Source: a virus (Duplodnaviria > Caudoviricetes). Taken from it: a DNA stretch of 37,975 bases. Under the pieces are notes generated by a model that saw only the letters and a list, made by a program, of their open reading frames with translations, was not told the DNA's origin and did no database searches. Numbering within the stretch: position 1 is the first letter of the stretch; each line of letters opens with the position of its first letter. The position numbers were made by a program, and so were the translations under genes. Where the stretch lies: the IMG/VR virus record IMGVR_UViG_3300032242_001019, positions 1 through 37,975 of that record. One strand, 5' to 3'. Shown here piece by piece: positions 1 through 9,600 of this stretch.

Positions 1-159
1 CCAACTGGAACAACCCCAACTGGAACTACAATAATACCAACTGGAACAACCCCAACTGGAACAACCCCAACTGGAACAACCCCAGCTGGAACTACCCCAG
101 CTGGAACTACCCCAGCTGGAACTACAATAATACCAGCTGGAACAACAACTGGAACTACG
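1..159 (+). repeat. 15-bp coding tandem repeat CCA(A/G)CTGGAAC(A/T)ACC encoding P(T/A)GTT
   Basis: About 9-10 units are read directly; two carry ATA ATA (II) insertions. The array is truncated by the window edge. Confidence 0.9.
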
Positions 160-2211
160 GCTACTCCTAAATATACAACTTACACACCTGATCAAATTAC
201 CAATTACATCAAAACAAGTGGTATTAATTTGAATGATCCAGCCGCCGTGGCAGCTGCTGAAAAGCAAGCCAATATGGATCCAACGGCGTTTCAGGCTTAT
301 TTGGCAAGTATACAACAAACATCTGCCGCAACACCCAAATATACTTCGTATACCCCAGATCAAATTACTAATTACATTAATTCAAGCGGTATTAATTTGA
401 ATGATGCCACCGCCGTGGCAGCTGCTGAAAAGCAAGCAAATATGGATCCTGCGGCGTTTCAGGCTTACCAAAAGAGCCAAGATTACAATAATTTTTTAAA
501 TATTATTGGCAAAGGCTCTGCCTCTACAGCACCTTCAACTGAGGCAGCAAACCCAAGTGGTATTGCGTCTTTACCTGCTAGTAATCTTGTTGCTGGACAA
601 ACCGATAAAGCTATATCTTCTGACCAAGTTCCTGCTGGATCGAGCGGAACGGCAGCTTCCACCACTGCTACAAATGCTCCTGCTAACGCAGATACCATTA
701 CTCAAATTGTGTCGCAAGGTCAGGCAGCAGGTCAAAGTCCTGCGGAGATGGCTGCATCTCTTATTGCACAAGGTATTCCAGCCGCTGATGTTATTGCAGT
801 GGTTGGCCCACAGAACGCAGATGTTGTTAACCAAGCATACGCAGATGCTTCCGCTTATGGTGGAGATACAGCCGCAGCTCGTGGTGGATTGATGAGTTTA
901 AACTATGCTGAAGGCGGTGCTACACCACCCAGATATTTGCAAGGCCATACCGATGGCATGGCAGATGAACTCAATACATCCATTGATGGAGTCCAACCCG
1001 CCAAACTAAGCCACGGTGAGTTTGTTATTCCTGCGGATGTTGTATCCCACTTAGGAAATGGCAACTCAGACGCAGGTGCTAAAAAGCTTTATGAGATGAT
1101 GAGCAGGGTTCGCAAAGCTAGAACAGGCAATGAAAAGCAGGGTAAGAGAATTGATCCTGATAAATTCATGTATGGTGGAAGAGCTTATGCTAAAGGTGGC
1201 ATTGCTAGTTTTGATGGCACGACTGGCAGTACAGTATCTAATACCTCTGGAATCCCCGGCCTGACCAATACAGGCGGCACATCCACTCAAGGGTTATCTT
1301 CATATGTTGCCCCCTATGTGACCAACATGTTGGGACAAGGCCAAGCCTTGGCCAATACATCCATGCCTGTTTATCAAGGCCCATTGACCGCTGGTCAGTC
1401 AGCCCTACAGAACCAACAATTTATGGGTCTATCAGAGATGGCACAGACTGGGTATAACCCAATGCAGTTCCAAACTCAAAACTGGAGCAATCAAGGCACT
1501 CCACATATGCCTAACACATCAGTGCCAAGTCAAACCCAATCTGTTAGCCAAGCGGCCAATCAAGGCACAGCAGGCTATGGCCAGCCTATGAATCTAGGTA
1601 TGGGTCAAGGATCTAGTCCTGCTTCTCAGTACATGAATCCTTATCTATCTCAATCCCTACAGCCACAGTTAAATCTATTGGCTCAGACAGCCAAAACCAA
1701 TGAGCAAGGTGATTTGGGTAAGCTAACCTCTCAAGGCGCATTTGGTGGATCAAGACAAGCTGTTCTGCAAGGCATGGATCAGAATGCATTGCTAGGCCAG
1801 CAGGCTAACTTGATTGGCCAAGGCTACAACACAGCTTACAACGATGCTCAGGCTCAGTTCAATGCTGATCAACAAAGACAACTTGCAGCTCAACAACAAA
1901 CTGAAGCATCACGTCAGTTCAGCGGTAACTTTGGTCAACAAACATTGCAAGCTCTTGGTCAAGCTGGAGGAGTTCAGCAAGGCATTCAAAACGCCGCAGA
2001 TCAAGCCGCTTACGCAGAGTTCCAAAAACAACAACAATATCCCTATCAACAGTTGGCATTCGAGCAAAGCTTATTGCAGGGTCTACCTACAGGTTCTACA
2101 ACCACTACACCAAATGCTATGTCAGATTTGGGTACAGCTTTGGCTGCACTGGGCGTAGTTCAGAATCCTGCGTTGTCTAGCATATTTGGCTCATCAACGT
2201 CAAAAACTTAA
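1..2211 (+). CDS. Internal virion/ejection protein, 5'-partial (frame is open from base 1)
   Basis: The frame of ORF 229..2211 continues without a stop to position 1 (PTGTT repeats). It has repeated [YA]-A-x-GG motifs, a DGMAD...AKLSHGEFVIPADVV domain and a Q/G-rich C-terminal YMNPY...GAFGGSRQ segment typical of podophage DNA-transfer proteins. Confidence 0.7.
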   Translation, partial: PTGTTPTGTTIIPTGTTPTGTTPTGTTPAGTTPAGTTPAGTTIIPAGTTTGTTATPKYTTYTPDQITNYIKTSGINLNDPAAVAAAEKQANMDPTAFQAYLASIQQTSAATPKYTSYTPDQITNYINSSGINLNDATAVAAAEKQANMDPAAFQAYQKSQDYNNFLNIIGKGSASTAPSTEAANPSGIASLPASNLVAGQTDKAISSDQVPAGSSGTAASTTATNAPANADTITQIVSQGQAAGQSPAEMAASLIAQGIPAADVIAVVGPQNADVVNQAYADASAYGGDTAAARGGLMSLNYAEGGATPPRYLQGHTDGMADELNTSIDGVQPAKLSHGEFVIPADVVSHLGNGNSDAGAKKLYEMMSRVRKARTGNEKQGKRIDPDKFMYGGRAYAKGGIASFDGTTGSTVSNTSGIPGLTNTGGTSTQGLSSYVAPYVTNMLGQGQALANTSMPVYQGPLTAGQSALQNQQFMGLSEMAQTGYNPMQFQTQNWSNQGTPHMPNTSVPSQTQSVSQAANQGTAGYGQPMNLGMGQGSSPASQYMNPYLSQSLQPQLNLLAQTAKTNEQGDLGKLTSQGAFGGSRQAVLQGMDQNALLGQQANLIGQGYNTAYNDAQAQFNADQQRQLAAQQQTEASRQFSGNFGQQTLQALGQAGGVQQGIQNAADQAAYAEFQKQQQYPYQQLAFEQSLLQGLPTGSTTTTPNAMSDLGTALAALGVVQNPALSSIFGSSTSKT
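160..468 (+). repeat. Duplicated 47-codon segment (160-300 and 328-468)
   Basis: ATPKYT(T/S)YTPDQITNYI..SGINLND..AVAAAEKQANMDP.AFQAY occurs twice, with period 168 nt. Confidence 0.9.
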
Positions 2212-2220
2212 GGATGAATC

Positions 2221-3672
2221 ATGGCAGTTAATCTGTTTAAAGCTCAGGATGATTTAAACAACCTGATTGGTCAGGCTAGAACTCCTCAAGAAATTGATGC
2301 AGCCAAGGTTTATCTTAAGCAGTTGGCCAATGGTGCTAATAAAGAGATTCCCCAATTCATGGCTCTCAATGTCCTGAATCAGATGGAGTCTTCCAATCCA
2401 ACACCTCCCCCTCCGGCTGGAACAATCAAAGACAAGTTAACTGGCACTCCTCCTCCAATGCAGGTAGCTCCTCAAATGCCACAGGGTGGCGCACCACAGG
2501 GTGCACCCATGCCTGCTCCCCAACAACATCCTCAAGCCATGACAAGAGGTGGTATTGCACATCTGCCTATCGATGAGAAGATGTACAACTTCAAAGAAGG
2601 TGGAGTGATTGGATTCAAGACTGGAGATCCTGTCCCAGATCCAACTTTCAAAGACCTATACACGCAAGCCAAACAAGAAGCAGCAGACTATGCCAAAAAC
2701 ATGGAAATGCCTGCTGACCCCGATGCATTGCGGGCAAAGTATATTCAAGAACATCCTGAAATGGCTATTCTTAACCAATTGCCCGGACAGGAATTACAAA
2801 AAGGCATAGCAGCACAAGAAGCAGCTCAGAAGGCCGAGTATCAAAGACAGTTGGCTCAAGGCGAAGGCAACAAAGCCATGAACCTTTCTAATGCTTTATT
2901 ACAAGCCGCAGAACAGACTCGTGGAACTAGAGGCTTAGGTGGATTAGGCCCAGCTTTGGCTGGCTTTGGAGGCACATTCAATGCAGCCACCAAAGAAGAA
3001 CAAGAGCGTATAAACAAGCTTAATGCAACCAAACAAGAAAAAGACATGCTACTTTTGAAGTACAAATCTGATCTTGAAGGCGCTCAAAGAGCAGCGGCTG
3101 AAGGTAGGTTTGCTGAGAAATTGGCCTATCAACATAGCATGGCTGATTCAATTAACAAAGCCAAACTCATGGGCTTTGATCTTGATTCTAAAGCTCTTGC
3201 ATCTGCGGCTGGTATTGATGAAGCCAAGATCCGTGAACGTGGTGCTATGGCTGCCGCCAATAGGCCAACAGACGTATTGCAAATTGCAAATGCTTTGGTT
3301 GAAGATTCTGCCAAACAAGGTAAACCTATGACAATGTCAGAGGCAATTAACCAAACATTCCAAGGAAAAGCCGCAGGTGCAGATATAAGTGCACAAGAAA
3401 GAAAAATGGCGGTTATCCTTAATAAACGAACAGAAGCCGCAAAATCCCCATTTATTATGGCTGGTATGATGGCTCCTCCCGGATCTCCAAAACGTATTCA
3501 AGCTGAAGCTGATTTGCAGCAAAAATACAAAGAAATTGATGATGAGGTGAATCTTTTATACGGCGGCAAGTCAACATCTTCCGCTACCCCTGCGCCTACA
3601 CAAACTAACCCTTTATTGCCACCGCCCAGTAGTGGAGGTTGGGGTCAGTATAGTGTTGTTCCTAATCATTAA
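2221..3672 (+). CDS. Internal virion protein (helical, A/Q/P-rich)
   Basis: 483-aa ORF with an AAGGA RBS, MTRGG/FKEGG motifs and coiled-coil character, lying between the ejection protein and the giant protein. Confidence 0.6.
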   Translation: MAVNLFKAQDDLNNLIGQARTPQEIDAAKVYLKQLANGANKEIPQFMALNVLNQMESSNPTPPPPAGTIKDKLTGTPPPMQVAPQMPQGGAPQGAPMPAPQQHPQAMTRGGIAHLPIDEKMYNFKEGGVIGFKTGDPVPDPTFKDLYTQAKQEAADYAKNMEMPADPDALRAKYIQEHPEMAILNQLPGQELQKGIAAQEAAQKAEYQRQLAQGEGNKAMNLSNALLQAAEQTRGTRGLGGLGPALAGFGGTFNAATKEEQERINKLNATKQEKDMLLLKYKSDLEGAQRAAAEGRFAEKLAYQHSMADSINKAKLMGFDLDSKALASAAGIDEAKIRERGAMAAANRPTDVLQIANALVEDSAKQGKPMTMSEAINQTFQGKAAGADISAQERKMAVILNKRTEAAKSPFIMAGMMAPPGSPKRIQAEADLQQKYKEIDDEVNLLYGGKSTSSATPAPTQTNPLLPPPSSGGWGQYSVVPNH

Positions 3673-3674
3673 TC

Positions 3675-6600
3675 ATGCCAACATACAGAATCACTGCGCC
3701 TGATGGTAAAACCTATCAGATTGATGGGCCTGCGGGAGCCTCTCAAGAGGATGTTAAAAATGAAGTAATGAGACAGAATCCTTATGCTGCCTATACTACA
3801 GAAGAATTAAAGAATGCACCTACTGCCTCAACCTCAACGGCAGACTACTTGCGTCAGCTTGGCCAAAGTGGTATTGGTGCAGTCAAATCAATTACTGATC
3901 TTTTTGGCGCTGGCAATGATTCATTAACAAAAACAAGCGAAGAGATTGGGAAAAAACTTTCCCCTGAACTTCAAGAAGAAGCTAGGATTAATCAAGAGCT
4001 ACAAGAAAGAGCCAAGGGTAAAGGCATATTATCAGAGCTTGCTGCTTCTACACGACCTGTTTTTCAGCATCCGTTTACATCTGCCTCTACTGCCGCAGTA
4101 TCTAGTCTTCCATTAATTGCCGGATCTTTTGCTTTACCTGAAACTTTAGGTGTTGCTGGCTTAAGTGCCGCTCGTGCAGGCATAGAGGGATTGATGAATC
4201 TTGGTAGTCAGAAAGGGCAAAACTACCAAACAGTTCATGATGAGGCCATCAGGCAAGGTAAGTCAGAACAAGAAGCCGAAGCACTTGGTCAACAAGCCGC
4301 AGAATACAGTCTTAAAAATACTCCTAACCTTGCTTTAGCATTTGGTACAGGAGCTATCGGTGGTGTCCTTGGCCCAGAGGCTAGGCTCGCCCAATACCTA
4401 AGACCCGCAGCCAAGGTGGCTGAAGAATCAGCTATCAAGAACATAGCCAAGCCAACCTTTGCCAAGGCTTTAGGGCAGACAGTTGGCGAGGGAGCTGGAA
4501 CTGAATTCCTACAAGGAGCAGGTTCACAATTAAGTTCCAATATTGCTTTGAAAGACGCAGGGTTTGATACACCTCTTATGGAAGGCGTTATGGGTGCTGG
4601 CGCTCATGATGCTTTGATTGGCGCTTTAATGGGTACAGCGGTATCGCCTGCTCAGTTGAGCAGTCTCAAGCGGGAATATGATGCTGACCAAGCCAAGATA
4701 TTGACTGAAGAAGCTGCCAAGAAACAGAAAGAAAGCGCAGATCTCATTGCCAAGTTCAATGAACAGAATCAAATTAAGCCTGAGCTTTTAGCTCTCCCTG
4801 CGCCTGCTCAGAAAATTGAAGGCAAACAAGCCGAACAGTCGCTACAAAATCCTTTGGGTAACTTTACCAAAGATGACCTAGCACCTGAAGTTGTTAAAGC
4901 AATTGATACACACAGGGCAGAGAATGGTAAGCCTCTTTTAAATAGTTATTCCATCGAAGACATTACCGATGCAATGCCTAGCCAATCGTTACATCCAGCC
5001 GACACTCGGGTCAAAAACCCAGAAGGCGAAAGAGCAGCTTTAAACGCATTGATTGCCAATAAGGTTGGCCACACCAATGAGAAGGTAACCCCGCAAGATG
5101 TGGTCAACAAGGCCATAGAGAAAAATGTAGATACCTCTGGCGAAGGCTTTAAAGACTTCCTAAGACGCACCACAGGTATTGGTGAGCTGAACATGATGAC
5201 GGACGGCCAGAGATTTGCCGCCCAACAAGCATTGCAGAACATGGAACCCCATACAGGGGAAGCCCCTCTTATCCTGCCCCGGGGTACAAATGCCACCCAT
5301 TTTGATGCAGATCAGCGTTTAAACAGCATCAATGCTTTAGACCAACTGGGTGGGAACATTAGCCAAGAGAAGGCTATTGAAACCATCAAGAAGACCACAG
5401 GACTACAAAGAGACCAAGATGCACAGCATATGATTGCTGACCTCGTGCGGTCTGGGGATTTTGATTTAAACAAGGAAAATGAGCTGGAGCAACCCAGTTC
5501 TACCTCGTATCTACCCAACGGATACCATATTGAAGAAGGCACGTTCAAGGAGGGCGAAGCTCCGGAACACTTCAAGATCATGGCCGCAGATAAGGAACTT
5601 GGGATAGCTGATACCCAAGAGGCCGCAGAAGAGAAAAGAAACAAATATTTAGAAACTCGGGCTAAGAAGTCTGAGAGTATTGATAAAGAGATAGAACAAA
5701 AGCAAGCCGCTCTTCAGAAAGCCAAAGATGATTTGGAAGCTATGGAGGCAATGGGTCAGGGCAGAACGCAGGAATACAAAAATGCATCTGGTGATTACGC
5801 TGGAAAGGTAGCCTCCACTGAAAAAGAAATTGGAGATTTAAACAGGATTAAAGCTGAGTTGGATCCTGAAGTCAATCCTTTATCAATCAAGGCTGGAAAC
5901 ATTGTACCGACAACCCGTAAAGGGTTCACGATTTTCAAGAACAATCAGTCTATTGGTACTTTCCCTGATAGAAGTGCGGCAGAGAAAACAATTGCCGCCA
6001 ACCTCAGTACCAAAGAGCTAGAGCAGTTAACAGGCGATAAACGCAGGCGTGGCTTTGCTCGTTTGGCTGAACAAGAGCTTAATGACAGGGTAACAACTGG
6101 CATCAAGGTTCGTGTGACCAAAGAGTTTGAACAAGCCGCTCCCGAGCTAGGTAAACAATTAGAAGCCATGTTGGCTAAGTTTGGCTTGAAGGGTGTGGGC
6201 TTAAAGCTCATGAATACCCTTGGTGGCAACGAAGGTGAGTATGCACAGAGTCTAATTAAGATAGCCTTGGATATCAAGGATCCAGTTGGTGTATTGCGCC
6301 ATGAATCTATTCATGCATTGAAAGAGCTAGGGTTCTTTACCGAGAACCAATGGAATGCTTTGAGACGCATGGCCAAGGATAAATGGATACAGGAATACCT
6401 CAAGGACAAACCCTTTTCTGAAGGCAAATCCCGTTATGACGCATACATGGAGATGTACAAGGGGGATATGAATGCCATAGAGGAGGAGGCTATAGCCGAT
6501 GCCTTTAGGGATTATGCCGAGAAGGGCAGCCCACCCGGGATGATTGCTGCGCTGTTGAAGCGTTTAAACCAATTCTTTGAAGCCCTGCGTAATGTTCTAA

Positions 6601-9600
6601 CCGGGAATGGATTCAACACCGCAGAGGATATCTTTGAAAAGATTGAGAAGGGTGAGCTTGCATCTTCTAAACAAGGCAAAGGAGAAACTAAGGCAAGCCT
6701 CAAGACTCCATTGTCCACCAGAGAGATCATGGAGCAGAACGATCAGTTTGCTCAGGCAGAACTTGGTTTAAACACAGAAAAAGCTAAAGGCAAGACTGGT
6801 GTAAACAACGTCCGGGATATTGCTAAAGCTTTAAACGCTCAGACAGTTGGTGAAGAGGGCGCAATGAACCGCCTAAGCCACACCGTCAAAGATGAAGACA
6901 GAATTGCAAAAGCAATGGCTGACGAAGTTGGTTATCAGTTAAGAGCTACTGCTAAGACAGGAACAGGTTTAGGGTGGTACTCCAATAACTATCCCAACGC
7001 AGTCAAAATGTTATCTCGTAGATTCCCAGAGCTTGAGAACAACAAACATGCTAGATCGGTATTTTCTGCGCTTGTTGCTGTAACCTCTAATGGGGAAAGA
7101 GTAGCTAAGAACATTGACAATGCAATTAAATTGTATTCAAAGCTTAGAGATGGTAAACCTTTGGTTGCTATGGGCAACCGCCGTGCGTCTGCTTTGGATA
7201 AAAATTTAATAAACATTGAGAATTTATTACGTAAGTACGGCACTGACTTTGAGAAAGAATTACTTAAAGAGATCACTGTCAAAGACATGAATGCATATCT
7301 GCGTTCTATTGGTGAAGAATCAGATGCCAGCTACTTAGCTAATACGGTCATTCCATCAGCCGCTATTCACTTTGGCCCTAAGCTTGGCGCTTTCTACGCC
7401 AACCTGTCCGGTTCAGAGGGTTACCTCACAATGGACTTATGGTGGACTAGATCTATCAACCGTATGCGTGGTTTGTTAATACCAAAGGCTACAAAAGCAT
7501 CTCTTGATAAGTTTAGAGAAATGCTTGATATGCCTGACGCAAGCGTTAATGATTTGGTTGAAGAGTCTATTCCACTAAGAAACATATACGAAGAGAATGG
7601 TTTTGTAACTGATCTTGAGTTTCTTGCTGGTGGCAAAGAACCTGCCAAGAAAGTTCTTAAAGAAGCATGGTTTAAACGAGCTGAAGCCGCTGCTGGTGAT
7701 GCCTACGATCAATTCTTGTTTGAACACAACTTACTTAAGATGGCTAACACCATCTATAAGAATGAATTTGAAATGTTGGAAGAGGCTCCATTTTCTGCAA
7801 CAGATAGAGCTTTCATGTACAAGGCGGCACGTAAAGCCCAAGCTTTACTGCGTGGTGAAGGAGTTGACTTAACTCTTGCAGACATACAAGCCGCCCTGTG
7901 GTACTATGAAAAACGTTTATACGCAAAACTTAGCGGGAGGAAAGCAGATGACATCGGATACGAAGAAGCCATTATCAAACAAGCCAATCAGGGTAATAGA
8001 TCCGTCAGACCCAGTGTGGTCTTCACTGGACAACAAAACGGCGGGAATGTCTCCACAGGAGCGGTTCAACTTTCTGGACAACCTAGTTCAGCAACTGTCA
8101 AAGCCAGTCTCAAAGGAATAGTAGCAGAGGTTGCACCGAACCCTGACCAAGAGGTAGCCGCCCGTTGGCGCTTAATGAACAGCGCAGACAAACAACAAAC
8201 TACTGAGGTGGTTGCTCGCCGTGTCATACCTAAGTTATTTGATGACATGGGTTTTAAAGGCTGGTCTTACAACATTTCTTCTGGACGTTATGAGGGTGAG
8301 CAAAACCCCAATATCATCATCAGTGCGCCGGATAGTGCAACTGACGAAGAGTTAAATGAATTTGCTAAAGTTATAGGTAATGTATTTGACCAAAAGGCTA
8401 TGGTTACCTATGACGAAGACAACACAACGTCAGACTCTCAAAATGGATTTGTATCAGTCATCATTCCAGATGGAATGGATGATCAAACATTAACCAATCT
8501 TAGAGATCATATTGCCAAGGAAGTGCCTGAAGCAAATGCAGACACAGTACGTGATGGGAAAATTCACTTTGGAAACTTTTCTAAGTACACAGACAATGAA
8601 ATCTCCGATGAACAATATTACAACAATATAAAAGATGCTATTGCTAATTTTGATTACGATGGTATTATTGATGTTCAAAAACCAATTCAATTCCATAGCG
8701 AGTTGATTGAACCTACAAACAGGGAAGAGTATTTAGAAGGAACAAGATATGGCACAGATCAGGGAAGTAGAGAGAAAGCCGGGGGAGACGATCTTTGGAG
8801 GCAAGGGCGTAATAGGCTTGAAGCCATTTCAGAAGATGCAATCAAACTCAGGAACAATTGGATCGAATCCGGAACGAAGTTTAGCGAGAGCGGCAGAGCA
8901 GGCGCTACTACGTTCCCCAATGTTGAAGCAGAATACGGAACCCCAATAAAGAATGCGTCAAGCGCAGTCGGTATTCATTTCAGCAAACAAAAACGCAATA
9001 CATTAATATCTAAGTTTTTTGGCACTGGTCTGAAAGGGCTAGAAGGCGAACGTCTCAGCGAGCCTTCCAACAGAGACATCAAAGACCGCATCTATTTCTA
9101 TGTAGATAAAGGCAAAGGCATTGTTCCAGAAGCTGGAGTTGGCGGTGCAGCGCATGTTGTTCGTTTAAACAATCTTTATGATACAGTCAAAGATCCTTTG
9201 GGGATTATCAAAACCAATAAAGGTAATGGTGCAAATGAACGTGCATCTAATCTAGAGCGTAAGATCAAAAACGCAGGGTTTGATGGATACATGTTTATGG
9301 ATCCGTTGCAAAACCAAGGCTATGCCGTATTGATTGGCGAACACAACATATCTGTACCTCTAAGCAAAGCCAGCTTAAAAGCTCCTGATACACCTGCGTT
9401 TAAACGTTTCTTTGGAGACAGCAAGGTTGTAGACAAAGCTGGCAAGCCAATGGTTATGTACCATTCAACATTTGCTTTCATGAAAGAAGGCCCAGAAAAA
9501 GGTAATCTTTTTACCGAGTTTAAACTTGGAGCAGATGGTAAGCTAGGCGAAGGTATATACAGTACATCTATACCGGAGTATGCAGAAAAGTATGCCCAAG

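Noticed and set aside
7615-7872. Third nested +1-frame ORF in the polyvalent gene
   Set aside because: It has a non-ATG start with no convincing RBS and overlaps a conserved globular part of the main frame rather than a linker.
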